Notes: generated from the sequence alone by a model not told the origin. A DNA stretch of 64,000 bases from Dethiobacteria bacterium (GCA_050948785.1 JBMNEM010000006.1:7313-71312); one strand, 5' to 3'. Counted from the stretch's first letter, positions 8,649-19,017 are shown. Translations and numbers: made by a program.

Positions 8649-9470
8649 TCAACCAGTAGGTGTGGCACCCGGTCGATAGGCCACTGTTATTCTGTGGCAG
8701 CTGTTATTTGCAGCTGTTTTCCAATCAAACCAACCGTAGCTTTGAATTTTTATAAAACCCAACTCCGTCAGCCATAAATCCAATTCTTTTTTTAAAATCG
8801 GGCGAACGGGGATTCTGACTTCTTCCTGGCAAACACGAATACCGGCCCTGATACCAGCAGGAGCAATCTTAAAAATCAGCTTCGCCTTTTCCCCTTCCTT
8901 CTCACGCTTTAACCACAGCTTTACCTTCAAACCCAAGGTATTGTCTTTCCAAAACAGGTATAAGACACACATTCCGTTGTAACAGATAGTCATAATTAAG
9001 GGTATGAATAATCAGGATTCCGCCTGGTTCAAGCTTTAAATACATTTGGGCCAATGTTCCCCAGATATCTTCTTCACTTAAGAGGCAAGACAACGAATTC
9101 TGTAAGCAGACAATCAAGCCACACTGTTCCCTGTAAAGACTGGATATGTCACGCATATCCCCTAAACAAATCTCCAGCTGTACACCCGCCCGGACACTTT
9201 TATAATTTATTTCTTTGATGATCAGCGGCTCAGGGACAAAGACAGTGACACCTTTGCCCCATTGGGCCAATAAAACAGCCAGTTCGCCGCTTCCACAAAA
9301 CACATCGAGCACTTTCCGAATATCGTGACTTTCTAAAATATTTTTAAAAAACTTGGCTTGTTGTTCATCCAAGCCGAAAGCAAAGTCGCTGGCATTCCCG
9401 CACCATTTAGAATCCTTGTCAGGTAAACCCTTTTTACCATTAGAAGTGAGCATGCAAATCATCGCCCCCG
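8649..9470 (-). pseudogene. Class I SAM-dependent methyltransferase, apparently frameshifted between ~8902 and ~8993
   Basis: ORF 8902..9564 has motif I 'VLDVFCGSGELAVLLA' and 'LEPGGILIIH'; likely start ATG ~9470 after GGCGGGGGCG. Overlapping ORF 8649..8993 in another frame reads like a methyltransferase C-terminus. Confidence 0.5.
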
Positions 9471-9712
9471 CCTTCCGGCAGGTGACCATACTGCTGAAGA
9501 TACTGCTGGATAAGCTGATTTTCTCTCTGGATATATGGAAAATTTTTCTCATTCCCGGACTCAACAGACAACTTGATATCGATAATCATTATTTACTCCA
9601 TCTCCTCACCCCAATGGGCTAATTTCTTATTCCTCAAACAAAGAGACAGCCTTCATGAAACAGCAATGTGTAAGCGCTGGCCCGCATCATGGCCGTCTCA
9701 GGACTATTTTCC

Positions 9713-9994
9713 TTACCATGAATGTGTGATTGCCCCCAAGGGACAGGACCTCTGGCAGGCCAAGCTGCGTTCCCCGTTTATGGGCTTGCAGGAGCTGCAG
9801 GAGTATTTGATCTTATTACGATGCTCCTCTTTAACACCGATAACTTCCTCATCATAGTCATTAATAAATATCTCCAGGATCTTTTCTATACAGACTTTAA
9901 CACAGGGCTTTTCTACACATTGGGCACAGTTATTGGTGTCTATGCTGATGAAAAATTCACCGGAGCCATCTTTGTATCCGTAATGGGCAATCAT
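9713..9994 (-). CDS. Small Cys-rich ferredoxin-like protein (atypical 2x4-Cys spacing)
   Basis: 93 aa; C-x2-C-x4-C-x3-C ('IDTNNCAQCVEKPCVKVC') and C-x2-C-x10-C-x3-CP; RBS GGAGGT 9 nt before ATG; same strand as and directly upstream of the methyltransferase. Confidence 0.4.
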   Translation of the reverse strand: MIAHYGYKDGSGEFFISIDTNNCAQCVEKPCVKVCIEKILEIFINDYDEEVIGVKEEHRNKIKYSCSSCKPINGERSLACQRSCPLGAITHSW

Positions 9995-10245
9995 TTATTT
10001 TTTACCTCCATTGCCCTCTCGGAAAAAACCCGTAACATCCTGGCTTTTTCCCAGCCCACATCAGGCCTATTTTTTCCCAGCCGGCAATTGCCTGATACCG
10101 CCCACTTACTATTAAACAGGGATGCTGTTATAATTTTAATAAAATAAAGAAAAGAAAAAAATCGCTTAAAAGCATGGAAGCAAGTTTAAAAAAGAGTGAA
10201 TTAAGGGTTAACACTTTTGGATCAACCCAAAAACCAAACATATAA

Positions 10246-10274
10246 TTGACCAGAAAACAGATAAGATATATAAT
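10246..10274 (+). promoter_or_regulatory. Consensus sigma-A promoter (TTGACC-17-TATAAT) for the histidine kinase/response regulator operon
   Basis: TTGACC at 10246-10251, 17-nt spacer, TATAAT at 10269-10274; ~60 nt upstream of the kinase start. Confidence 0.55.
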
Positions 10275-10334
10275 TTTAATGAAGTGAAGCCTATTTAAAT
10301 TTTTGGAAAGAATATTAAAAGAATATTAAAGGGT

Positions 10335-12014
10335 GTGAAGCTTTCCATGCTTTCTTCCGAATTAGATACAAAAGCGGAGTTAATCCTGGTCTGTAGAGTA
10401 AGTCCCACATTTAATGTCGGCAAAAAGCTGGAAATTTCTCTACAACGCATCCTGCAAAATTCCATAGATTACTTTGAATTTTGGCGCGCAGGCCTTTTCC
10501 TGGTGAGGGAGGGCCGACCCCCCATCTGGTGGAAGGCTGCCAAAGAGAAGCTTACTAAAAAAAGTAAAAAAACAGACCGGTGGTCACAACTTTGTGAGCA
10601 CCTCTCTACAGCAAAAAACAATAATGAACAAAAGGTGCTGGAACCCTTCAATCCAGTAATTGCCACTACTTTACCGGTAATTTTAAGAGCCGGCGAGCCA
10701 GTGGGCACAATGGAGATAGGCATTTTCAATACTGACATTCAAAATGCCCAATATATGCTTGTCAAAGCCGTTTCTCTTGGCCGGCATATGGCCGATATCA
10801 TTCAGGAATCTTTGTTCCAAAAACAAAAAGGCCCCCACTTTATGAAGCTGGCGGTCTGGATGGAAATGGTCAATACCATCAGCTCTACCCTGGACATTCG
10901 ACAGGTTCTTCATGTTGTAGCCCAACTTACAGCGGATCTTTTTTCTGCCAAAAGCTGTATCTATCTGCTGGATGAAGAAGATCAAACCTTGATTCCGGCT
11001 GTCGCCGTGGGCAGCTACGATCCGGAATTGCGGAAAAATTTTAAAGCGTTACGGGGAACCAAGCCCTTTCCGGCTATCACCCGTGTAATTAAAACCCAGC
11101 AGCCGGTTTTAGTTACCCCGCAAAATATACACCGTTTTCTTACACCTGATATTATTAAAGATTTTAACTATGGTTGGATGGTCCTGGCTCCCATACTTGT
11201 TGAAGATAAGACCATCGGGGTAATGCAAGTGGACCGCCCTAAGGAAACGACAGGTTTCGATCTGGAAGAAAACGAGATTATTTTTGCCATTGCCCGCGCT
11301 ACGGCTATCGCCATGGAAAACTCCCGGTTAATAGAAGTGCTGGAACAAAAGGAACAGCTTTTACACCAACTGGTTAATAAGATTATTACGGCGCAAGAAG
11401 ATGAACGCAAGCGCTTGGCTGCTGACTTGCACGACGGTATCATTCAGTCCCTTATTGCCATCTGGTACCGCTTACAGCGGATCAAATCCGCTCCGGAAAC
11501 CGATCCTGAAAAATGGTACGACGAAATCTCCGATCTGACCAATCTTTTAAGCGAACAAATTCAAGATATCCGGCGCATCCTTTACGATCTCCGTCCTCTG
11601 ATTTTGGATAACTATGGCCTTATTCCCGCAGTGGAATCTTATGTCCACAACTTACAGGAAAAACACAATCTGCCCGTTGAAATAGTCACCAGTGGGAAAG
11701 ATAAACGACTGGAGTCAAAAACCGAGGTTACACTATTTAGAATATTGCAAGAAGCGCTCACCAATGTGATCAAACATGCCCATGCTACACAGGTAAAAGT
11801 AAAGCTGGCCATCACAAAAGAAGAAGCAACCTTGGAAGTCGAAGATAACGGTACCGGCTTGGATTTTGCGCTCCTTTCCGCCGGCCAGGCCCGCAACCGC
11901 CTGGGCTTAGCCAGTATTCAGGAGAGAGCACTTTTGTTGGCCGGTTCATGCAACATAGATTCACAACCGGGAAAGGGTACACATATTACAGTAAAAATTC
12001 CCTTAAAAAATTAA
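10335..12014 (+). CDS. Cytoplasmic sensor histidine kinase with two GAF domains, HisKA_3 (NarX/DegS-class) dimerisation domain and HATPase
   Basis: 559 aa, no TM segments; H-box 'LAADLHDGIIQSLIAI', C-terminal ATPase 'LQEALTNVIKHA...VEDNGTGL'; the start may instead be the ATG at 10347. Confidence 0.8.
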   Translation: MKLSMLSSELDTKAELILVCRVSPTFNVGKKLEISLQRILQNSIDYFEFWRAGLFLVREGRPPIWWKAAKEKLTKKSKKTDRWSQLCEHLSTAKNNNEQKVLEPFNPVIATTLPVILRAGEPVGTMEIGIFNTDIQNAQYMLVKAVSLGRHMADIIQESLFQKQKGPHFMKLAVWMEMVNTISSTLDIRQVLHVVAQLTADLFSAKSCIYLLDEEDQTLIPAVAVGSYDPELRKNFKALRGTKPFPAITRVIKTQQPVLVTPQNIHRFLTPDIIKDFNYGWMVLAPILVEDKTIGVMQVDRPKETTGFDLEENEIIFAIARATAIAMENSRLIEVLEQKEQLLHQLVNKIITAQEDERKRLAADLHDGIIQSLIAIWYRLQRIKSAPETDPEKWYDEISDLTNLLSEQIQDIRRILYDLRPLILDNYGLIPAVESYVHNLQEKHNLPVEIVTSGKDKRLESKTEVTLFRILQEALTNVIKHAHATQVKVKLAITKEEATLEVEDNGTGLDFALLSAGQARNRLGLASIQERALLLAGSCNIDSQPGKGTHITVKIPLKN

Positions 12015-12039
12015 CATCCCTGTAGAGGAAAGGAGGCTT

Positions 12040-12750
12040 ATGGTGACCATTAAACTTTTGATTGTAGACGACCACCCCATGGTTAGAGAAGGTTTGTCAG
12101 TTATGCTGGCCACCTGTGATGAAATCACTTTACTTGGTAGCTGCAGCAACAGTGAGGATGCTATAAAAGCAGCTATGGAAAAAGAGCCCGACATCATTCT
12201 CATGGATATCAAAATGGAAGGGAAAAGCGGGATCGAGACAACTAAAGAAATTTTAATCCTGAAGCCTCAGATTAAAGTCATTTTTTTAACTGTTTTTGAA
12301 GATACGGAATCAATTCGTCAGGCTTTACAATCTGGTGCTGCCGGTTATATCTTAAAGCATGTTTCCCGGGAAAAATTGATCGAAACCATAAAACGTGTCT
12401 TTAATGGAGAAACCGTCATCGACCAATCGATTTTTCATCAAATAGTGAACGATTATACCCGCTTGAGTAAAAAAGTTGCCGAAACAAGTGGATCCCTGAA
12501 ACAAGAAAAAATTGAGGATTTAACACCGCGTGAACAAGAAATCCTGCAGCATCTGGTTAAAGGGCTAACTAATAAAGAGATCTCTACAGCTACCAATCTG
12601 GCGGTGGATACTGTAAAAACTCATCTTCGCAATATTTTCCGCAAATTTGGTGTAAAAAATAGAACACAAGCCATTACCCAGGCAATGAAATTAAGTCGGA
12701 ACCCGGATAGTGTCCTTTTTTATGATCTCAGAACTATGGGGCGGGAGTAA
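12040..12750 (+). CDS. NarL/FixJ (LuxR-HTH) family response regulator
   Basis: 'LLIVDDHPMVREGL' receiver domain; C-terminal 'LTPREQEILQHLVKGLTNKEISTATNLAVDTVKTHLRNIFRKFGV' HTH. Confidence 0.85.
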   Translation: MVTIKLLIVDDHPMVREGLSVMLATCDEITLLGSCSNSEDAIKAAMEKEPDIILMDIKMEGKSGIETTKEILILKPQIKVIFLTVFEDTESIRQALQSGAAGYILKHVSREKLIETIKRVFNGETVIDQSIFHQIVNDYTRLSKKVAETSGSLKQEKIEDLTPREQEILQHLVKGLTNKEISTATNLAVDTVKTHLRNIFRKFGVKNRTQAITQAMKLSRNPDSVLFYDLRTMGRE

Positions 12751-12770
12751 TTTATTGTGGTTACTCCCAC

Positions 12771-12801
12771 CCTATCCACTCCCGGGTAGGCTTATTTTTT
12801 T
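12771..12801 (+). terminator. Intrinsic terminator after response regulator
   Basis: CCTATCC-ACTCCC-GGGTAGG hairpin followed by CTTATTTTTTT. Confidence 0.55.
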
Positions 12802-12802
12802 A

Positions 12803-12840
12803 AAATTAAAAAAGAACACCCTTGCAAGTGTTCTTTTGTG
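12803..12840 (-). terminator. Intrinsic terminator after tsf (bidirectional hairpin)
   Basis: AAGAACAC...GTGTTCTT 8-bp stem flanked by A-run on the plus strand and T-run on the minus strand. Confidence 0.55.
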
Positions 12841-12863
12841 ATGATTTATTTTTATCAGGAAGT

Positions 12864-13469
12864 TTACGGAGATTCCAAACTCTCGCCTATCTCAAAGCGC
12901 ATAAAACGGCGGATAATAATATTTTCACCTATCTTGGCCATTTTTTCCGTAAGAAGCTCTTGTATAGTTTTTTTATCATCCTTAATAAAAGGCTGTTCTA
13001 AAAGACAGTTTTCCTGAAAATACTTTTCAATCCGGCCGCCAATTATTTTTTCCACAATCTTTTCCGGTTTACCTTCGCGCAGCGCTTGTTTGCGTAAGAT
13101 TTCTTTTTCTTCTTCTATAACTGCAGCAGGCACATTTTCCCGGCTGAGATAGAGGGGGTTGGTCGCAGCAACCTGCAGGCAAATATCTCTGACAAAATCC
13201 TTGAATTCTTCATTACGGGCAACAAAATCCGTCTCACAGTTAACCTCAACCAGGACACCAACTTTGCCTCCCATGTGAATATAAGAATCGACAACCCCCT
13301 GGGCCGCGATCCTTCCCGCCCTTTTGGCCGCACTGGCCAAACCTTTCTCGCGTAACAAATTGATGGCCTTTTCTTTATCGCCGCCCGTTTCCACCAAGGC
13401 TTTTTTACAATCCATCATCCCGGCACCGGTTAAAGTCCGGAGTTCCTTGACCATCTCTGCTGTAATCAT
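12864..13469 (-). CDS. tsf: Translation elongation factor Ts
   Basis: 201 aa; '[24 protein letters not shown]' UBA-like N-terminus and EF-Ts core. Confidence 0.9.
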   Translation of the reverse strand: MITAEMVKELRTLTGAGMMDCKKALVETGGDKEKAINLLREKGLASAAKRAGRIAAQGVVDSYIHMGGKVGVLVEVNCETDFVARNEEFKDFVRDICLQVAATNPLYLSRENVPAAVIEEEKEILRKQALREGKPEKIVEKIIGGRIEKYFQENCLLEQPFIKDDKKTIQELLTEKMAKIGENIIIRRFMRFEIGESLESP

Positions 13470-13518
13470 TGTCTGCTCTCATCTCCTTACTAAAAACTAA
13501 AAACTTCCCCACCGTTAG

Positions 13519-14316
13519 TTATTTATTAAGCATTTCCTTTTTCTCATCATTGCCAGTACTATTCACAGGCTCTTTGGCCGTCTCCTCTGCCTCACTCTTC
13601 TCTTTTCTTTCAGCCTCCGCTTGAGCAACCTGCAGGCCCTGCTTACCCTCCAGCGATGCCTCCGCAATTTTGGAGGTAATCAGCCTGATCGCCCTGATAG
13701 CATCATCGTTACCCGGTATCAAATAGTCAACTTCGTCCGGGTCACAATTTGTATCTACAATGGAAACAATCGGTATTTCCAATTTACGCGCTTCAGCAAC
13801 AGCTATTTTTTCCTTACGGGGATCAACAATATAAACTGCCCCGGGAAGTTTCTGCATATCACGTATGCCACCTAAAAACTTCAACAATTTTTCCTTTTCA
13901 TGGCGCAGCTTGATAACTTCCTTTTTAGGCAGACTTTCAAAGTAGCCATCTTCTTCCCTTTTTTCCAGCTCTATCAGCCTGTTGATACGTTTACGAATTG
14001 TGCTGAAGTTGGTAAGCATGCCCCCAAGCCAGCGCTGATTTACAAAGGGCATTTCACAGCGCGTAGCCTCTTCTAGGATAGATTCCTGCGCTTGTTTTTT
14101 GGTGCCCACAAAAAGAATTTTTTCTCCCTGTAACACCAGGTTTTTGACAAAATTGTAGGCTACATCCATCAAGCGGACCGTCTTCTGCAGATCGATAATA
14201 TAGATTCCATTCCGCTCTGTAAAAATATATCCACGCATCTTGGGGTTCCAGCGCCTTGTTTGGTGCCCAAAATGGACCCCTGCTTCCAACAGCTGTTTCA
14301 TGGTAACAATGGACAT
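13519..14316 (-). CDS. rpsB: 30S ribosomal protein S2
   Basis: '[27 protein letters not shown]'; start set at the internal ATG (14314-14316) preceded by AAGGAGGT rather than the longer ORF-track start at 14436; Lys/Glu-rich C-terminal tail. Confidence 0.9.
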   Translation of the reverse strand: MSIVTMKQLLEAGVHFGHQTRRWNPKMRGYIFTERNGIYIIDLQKTVRLMDVAYNFVKNLVLQGEKILFVGTKKQAQESILEEATRCEMPFVNQRWLGGMLTNFSTIRKRINRLIELEKREEDGYFESLPKKEVIKLRHEKEKLLKFLGGIRDMQKLPGAVYIVDPRKEKIAVAEARKLEIPIVSIVDTNCDPDEVDYLIPGNDDAIRAIRLITSKIAEASLEGKQGLQVAQAEAERKEKSEAEETAKEPVNSTGNDEKKEMLNK

Positions 14317-14470
14317 TTTACGTACTCTACCTCCTTGGTTTAGCCTCCGCTGTATCATTACCGCAGGAAGCCCTTTAAAGGGCACCTCCCCACGATTTCC
14401 ACAGCGTGCGTATTTAAGCCATACGTAGTATAACATAGTTCCTGATAATTGACAATCTACGCCACTTATT

Positions 14471-15028
14471 TTAATTCAACCAGACTACAACAGGAATGGA
14501 ATAATATCTGGTCAGGGGAATTCTAATGACTTGGCCATTCAAATCCGTCATTAAAATTTTTAAAACATTCTCCGTTATATTTTGGCTGAACTCCTCCACA
14601 GATTCCTGTTTTTCCAGGTCTTGAAGTACTTCCAGGACATAAAAAGTAACATCGCGGCGCAAATCATCTTCCAGTTCCTGAATAAATTGCGGAGGCAGGT
14701 TCACCGTATAGCCCCCGATTTCCAGTTTACCAATAGAAATAAAATCCTGCGTATACTTTTCCACTAAAGAAGGAACTTCGGATTTTATCTCTGCCATCAA
14801 AACAGGAAATTCCTTCTGCATCTGGCGCTCTATCCCCTGGTTGACAATGCCCAGAACGGTTTCCCCCCGGAGGTAGATGTTGATACCCGTTGTGTTTTTA
14901 AGGGTAATCGCCAAGGCCGTAGTAAAAAAGAGCAAAAATCCTACGAGCATACCCGCACAAAAAAATAAAAAATTTCCCGAAGGAATTTTCCTTTTTCGTG
15001 TTATTTTGTTTTTATGGCGTGACAACAT
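14471..15028 (-). CDS. Hypothetical membrane-anchored protein
   Basis: 185 aa, single N-terminal TM helix, no recognisable motif. Confidence 0.35.
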   Translation of the reverse strand: MLSRHKNKITRKRKIPSGNFLFFCAGMLVGFLLFFTTALAITLKNTTGINIYLRGETVLGIVNQGIERQMQKEFPVLMAEIKSEVPSLVEKYTQDFISIGKLEIGGYTVNLPPQFIQELEDDLRRDVTFYVLEVLQDLEKQESVEEFSQNITENVLKILMTDLNGQVIRIPLTRYYSIPVVVWLN

Positions 15029-15180
15029 ATACCCTCACCTGCCCTTTTTATATACTAGACTCTATAATGGCAATTTATGCCTGGTCATTGCGTCCATTTC
15101 TCAAGTATAATTTCCGGGCCGCCGGTTCCTGAAATGCATAACCATTTCACCGGCAAGGGTACTTCCAGAGCTTTAAAAGT

Positions 15181-15232
15181 AAAATAAAAATGGCAGTAAC
15201 TTCCCGGGCGCTGATCAACCCGCTGTTACTGC
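15181..15232 (-). terminator. Terminator of the tRNA operon
   Basis: GGCAGTAAC...GTTACTGCC stem; on the minus strand it is followed by ATTTTTATTTT. Confidence 0.5.
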
Positions 15233-15241
15233 CGCTTTTAG

Positions 15242-15316
15242 TGGTGGGCGAACGGCGATTTGAACGCCGGACCCCCTGCTTGTAAGGCAGGTGCTCTCCC
15301 ACTGAGCTATTCGCCC
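15242..15316 (-). tRNA. tRNA-Val (anticodon UAC)
   Basis: Reverse complement GGGCGAATAGCTCAGTGGGAGAGCACCTGCCTTACAAGCAGGGGGTCCGGCGTTCAAATCGCCGTTCGCCCACCA: cloverleaf, anticodon loop CUUACAA, encoded CCA. Confidence 0.85.
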
Positions 15317-15321
15317 CTTGG

Positions 15322-15397
15322 TGGTGACCCCTAGGGGATTTGAACCCCTGCTGCCAGCTTGAAAGGCTGGTGTCCTCACCGATTAGACGAAGGGGCC
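15322..15397 (-). tRNA. tRNA-Glu (anticodon UUC)
   Basis: Reverse complement GGCCCCTTCGTCTAATCGGTGAGGACACCAGCCTTTCAAGCTGG...GGGGTCACCA; anticodon loop CUUUCAA. Confidence 0.8.
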
Positions 15398-15401
15398 AAG
15401 A

Positions 15402-15477
15402 TGGTGGGCCCACTAGGACTCGAACCTAGAACCAACCGGTTATGAGCCGGTAGCTCTGCCAATTGAGCTATGGGCCC
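15402..15477 (-). tRNA. tRNA-Met (anticodon CAU; elongator or lysidine-type Ile2, not initiator-like)
   Basis: Reverse complement GGGCCCATAGCTCAATTGGCAGAGCTACCGGCTCATAACCGGTTGGTTCTAGGTTCGAGTCCTAGTGGGCCCACCA; anticodon stem lacks the three G-C pairs of initiator tRNA. Confidence 0.75.
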
Positions 15478-15484
15478 ATAAAAA

Positions 15485-15559
15485 TGGCTCCCCAGGCAGG
15501 ATTCGAACCTGCAACCCACCGGTTAACAGCCGGTTGCTCTACCGTTGAGCTACTGAGGA
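15485..15559 (-). tRNA. tRNA-Asn (anticodon GUU)
   Basis: Reverse complement TCCTCAGTAGCTCAACGGTAGAGCAACCGGCTGTTAACCGGTGGGTTGCAGGTTCGAATCCTGCCTGGGGAGCCA. Confidence 0.85.
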
Positions 15560-15579
15560 ATGCCTTCAGGACAATTCAT

Positions 15580-15608
15580 ATTATAACGGATTAACCAGGT
15601 ACAGTCAA
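15580..15608 (-). promoter_or_regulatory. Consensus sigma-A promoter of the tRNA operon (TTGACT-17-TATAAT)
   Basis: Minus-strand reading: TTGACTgtacctggttaatccgtTATAAT ~20 nt upstream of tRNA-Asn; AT-rich UP-like region further upstream. Confidence 0.6.
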
Positions 15609-15758
15609 GTGCTTTGCCGCTGTTTATAATTATTTGTTTAGTTTTTTATACCGGGACTTCCCTTTATCCTTCCAAACCACGACTTGCCGATTTCCGATAG
15701 TCTTCCAGCCGCGTGCTTCTGGCGCCCTGAACGGCAATTATTGGAATAGGATCTGCAT

Positions 15759-16865
15759 CTATTCCAGGTAGTCTTTAAGCCGCTTGCTGCGCATCGGATG
15801 TCTTAACTTGCGCAGCGCTTTGGCTTCAATCTGCCTGATACGCTCCCTGGTCACCCCGAAAACCTGCCCTACTTCTTCTAAAGTACGGGTGCGTCCATCA
15901 TCAAGGCCAAAACGTAGACGCAGCACTTTTTGTTCACGAGGGGTCAGTGTATCCAGGACATCCTCCAGTTGTTCCCGGAGAAGTTCGAATGCCGCCGCTT
16001 CAGCAGGTGCTTGAACTTCCTGATCTTCAATAAAATCCCCCAAATGGCTGTCGTCTTCCTCCCCGATAGGTGTTTCCAGGGAGACCGGTTCCTGGGCTAT
16101 TTTAAGAATTTCCCTGACTCTTTCCACGCTGGTATCCATCTCCTGGGCAATCTCTTCCGGTGACGGTTCGCGACCGAGTTCCTGGACAAGCTGCCGCGAA
16201 ATCCTGACCAGCTTATTGATCGTTTCCACCATATGGACAGGGATACGGATCGTTCGGGCCTGGTCGGCAATAGCCCTGGTGATCGCCTGCCTGATCCACC
16301 AAGTTGCATACGTGCTGAACTTATATCCCTTCCGATAGTCAAATTTTTCCACAGCCTTAATCAGTCCCAGATTGCCCTCTTGAATAAGATCCAGGAAAAG
16401 CATACCCCTGCCGACATATTTTTTGGCAATACTCACCACCAGGCGCAGGTTGGCTTCCGCCAATCGCCTTTTTGCCTCCTCTTCACCCTCTTCCATCCTC
16501 TTGGCCAGCTCAACTTCTTCTTCCGGTGTCAGGAGAGAAATTTTTCCGATTTCTTTAAGGTACATCCGTACAGGATCATTGATGCTTATTCCCGTGGGAA
16601 GATAGGTATTGGTTTCTCCTTCCGGGGCATTTTTCGAATTCTCTCCTCCACCTGTATCGACATCCGCTGCTTCGTCCACCACTTCAATACCCTGGCGGGT
16701 GAGCTCTTCATAAAATTCGTCGATCACTTCTGTAATCAGGTTAAAATCCTGCAGGGCATCAAGAATTTCCTTATAGGTAAGGTTACCCTTTTTTTTGCCC
16801 TTTTCGAGGAGGGAACGTTGTATTTCCTGTAAAGAGGCTTTCTTTTTCACTTCTTTAGACATCAA
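15759..16865 (-). CDS. rpoD: RNA polymerase primary sigma factor (sigma-70/SigA)
   Basis: '[34 protein letters not shown]' region 2.4/3, region 4 HTH at C-terminus. Confidence 0.9.
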   Translation of the reverse strand: MMSKEVKKKASLQEIQRSLLEKGKKKGNLTYKEILDALQDFNLITEVIDEFYEELTRQGIEVVDEAADVDTGGGENSKNAPEGETNTYLPTGISINDPVRMYLKEIGKISLLTPEEEVELAKRMEEGEEEAKRRLAEANLRLVVSIAKKYVGRGMLFLDLIQEGNLGLIKAVEKFDYRKGYKFSTYATWWIRQAITRAIADQARTIRIPVHMVETINKLVRISRQLVQELGREPSPEEIAQEMDTSVERVREILKIAQEPVSLETPIGEEDDSHLGDFIEDQEVQAPAEAAAFELLREQLEDVLDTLTPREQKVLRLRFGLDDGRTRTLEEVGQVFGVTRERIRQIEAKALRKLRHPMRSKRLKDYLE

Positions 16866-18672
16866 GATCCTCTCCTTCTCCGGAGCGGTAAAGCTCCTCT
16901 TCCCACTTCTTTAAATCATGGATACGCTGCAGTTTTGCACTGATTTCCTCTCTTTTTTCACTACCTTGTAATGATTTTATCAACATTTCTCTCTCTGCGG
17001 CCCAGCGCAGGGTTTTTATTTTTCTCAAGCAATCTTTTACGATCTTTTCAACCCTGGACTCTTCCACCAGATCAGTTGAAATGGCCATCTTCATGATCAA
17101 TTTATGCATCTCCTGCTCAGAAAAGTAACTTAATAATACGGCCTCACTTATTTCACGACCCTCTTGATCCAAGGCAAACAAGTACCGGGCAATTTCCCGG
17201 TGAGGGCCCGCCGTAAAACTATCGGGATCGATTTCTTGGGCACGCAGCTCCCCAAGGTAATGAGGATAACGAATAAGGCAGGATAAAAGTTCCTTTTCGG
17301 CAAGTTCCCGGGGAGAAATATTACTGTTTTTTACGATTTTTAAAACCTTTTTTTTACTTTCCGGGGAAAAGCTTCGTATTTTATTCTCCAAATCTTCCCG
17401 TAATACCTCTAGAGAAACGTTAATTTCTCCGGCGATTTTTTTCAGATACTCCTCTCTTTCCAGAGTCTCTTGGAGATCACCGAGAATCTCGCGGGCCTCT
17501 TTCCAGTAATTGATACGGCCTTCTTCTTCCTTCAGATCATGCCGCTTTTTACTTATATATAAACGGTACCCGGTCAGGGATCTGGCCGGCAGCAAAATTT
17601 CCTTTCGAAAAGCTTCCCCCCCATGTTCACGCACAAAATCAGCCGGGTCTCCTCCTCCGGGAAGCTGTGCCACCCTGACCTGACAACCCTCATTTTTGAG
17701 AAGCTCCAATCCCCGCAGAGCTGCAATTTCTCCGCCGGTGTCCGCATCAAAAGCCAGAATAATCTTATCCAGGCGGCTCCTTAAAAGGGAAAATTGTGTC
17801 TCCGTCAGTGCTGTTCCCAAAGGTGCCAGAGCCTCTTTGATACCATGCTGGTGCAGTGTAATCACATCCATATAGCCTTCAACCAGCAGGGCTTCCTTTT
17901 TTTTCCTTACCTCCGGCAGGGCGCGATGCAAACCATAAAGGATCCGGCGTTTATTAAAAAGGGGAGATTCCGGTGTATTCAGGTACTTGGGTTCTCCCTG
18001 GCCCAGAATACGGCCGCCAAAAGCTACCACCCGTCCCTGGCTGTCCCCGATAGGAAAAATCAAGCGTCCCCGAAAGTAGTCGTAAAAACGGCCCGGGGGT
18101 TTTTCCCCTACCAGCCCGCCTTTTACCGCCAATTTAAGATCAAGTCCCTTTTTGCGCAACTCACCTGTTAACCCTTCCCAGCTATGAAGAGCATAACCCA
18201 GCCCAAAATCCATAATCGTTTGCTTGGTTATACCTCGTTTTAAAAGGTAGTTTAAAGCTTCTTTTCCTCCGGGAGCCTTCCACAAAAGATCCTGGTAATA
18301 TTTTTGCGCCAGGGAATACATTTTTAGTAATGTCTCCCGGAGCTGCCTTTCCTTCCGTTCCGCGGGAGAGGAAGGAAAAGGACTAATATTTATACCCGAG
18401 CGCTGCGCCAAAAAGCGTACCGCCTCGGGGAAACTGCAACCTTCCATCTGCATAATAAAAGCAAAAAGATTGCCTCCACTTTGACACCCAAAACAATAAA
18501 AGATCTGTTTTTCCGGGGACACGGTGAAAGAAGGGTTTTTTTCGGAATGGAAGGGACAAAAACCCACGTAATTTTTTCCGGTTTTGCGCAAATCGATGTA
18601 AGAGGAGACCACTTCAACGATATCAAAACGGCTGCGGACATCCTCAATCACCTCACCGGGTATATAACCCAT
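16855..18672 (-). CDS. dnaG: DNA primase
   Basis: Zinc-ribbon '[25 protein letters not shown]', TOPRIM domain; 605 aa; overlaps the rpoD start as in the conserved dnaG-sigA operon. Confidence 0.9.
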   Translation of the reverse strand: MGYIPGEVIEDVRSRFDIVEVVSSYIDLRKTGKNYVGFCPFHSEKNPSFTVSPEKQIFYCFGCQSGGNLFAFIMQMEGCSFPEAVRFLAQRSGINISPFPSSPAERKERQLRETLLKMYSLAQKYYQDLLWKAPGGKEALNYLLKRGITKQTIMDFGLGYALHSWEGLTGELRKKGLDLKLAVKGGLVGEKPPGRFYDYFRGRLIFPIGDSQGRVVAFGGRILGQGEPKYLNTPESPLFNKRRILYGLHRALPEVRKKKEALLVEGYMDVITLHQHGIKEALAPLGTALTETQFSLLRSRLDKIILAFDADTGGEIAALRGLELLKNEGCQVRVAQLPGGGDPADFVREHGGEAFRKEILLPARSLTGYRLYISKKRHDLKEEEGRINYWKEAREILGDLQETLEREEYLKKIAGEINVSLEVLREDLENKIRSFSPESKKKVLKIVKNSNISPRELAEKELLSCLIRYPHYLGELRAQEIDPDSFTAGPHREIARYLFALDQEGREISEAVLLSYFSEQEMHKLIMKMAISTDLVEESRVEKIVKDCLRKIKTLRWAAEREMLIKSLQGSEKREEISAKLQRIHDLKKWEEELYRSGEGEDLDV

Positions 18673-18699
18673 TTTACCTGCCTCCGGATTTTCTTAAAA

Positions 18700-18746
18700 T
18701 TATTCTAAAAAATTATAAAAAACCTCATCCCGGGAAGAGACGAGGT
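18700..18746 (-). terminator. Intrinsic terminator after the dGTPase-like gene
   Basis: Minus-strand CCTCGTC...GATGAGG hairpin followed by TTTTTTATAATTTTTT. Confidence 0.45.
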
Positions 18747-19017
18747 ATAACGCCCAAGTTCAGATCTTTTTACTCACCTGAACGAACCTGACATTGCTCC
18801 GCTAGAGAAGCCCCCTCTCATTTCCAAAAAATACCCGGCCTCAAATTTGGCCAGTAACCCCGGATTTTAAAAAGGCTGTGAACTTAAACATTATATTCTA
18901 TAACACATAAATATATTCCTGCTCTTTGGTAAAAAAATGTTTTTGCGTGAATTTTAATGCGACACGCTTATATTATATACTAATTCCTATTTTCTATTCT
19001 TTAAGAACTGTTTCAAG

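Noticed and set aside
8586-8700. Hairpin-rich stretch after the dinB fragment (GACGGAATCC...GGATGAGG)
   Set aside because: It partly overlaps the C-terminal frame of the methyltransferase, has no terminator or recognisable ncRNA consensus, and is insufficient evidence for an RNA gene.
13519-14436. ORF-track start of rpsB at 14436 (extra 40 N-terminal codons)
   Set aside because: The internal ATG at 14314-14316 follows a perfect AAGGAGGT RBS and gives the conserved S2 N-terminus [19 protein letters not shown]; the extension is not credible.
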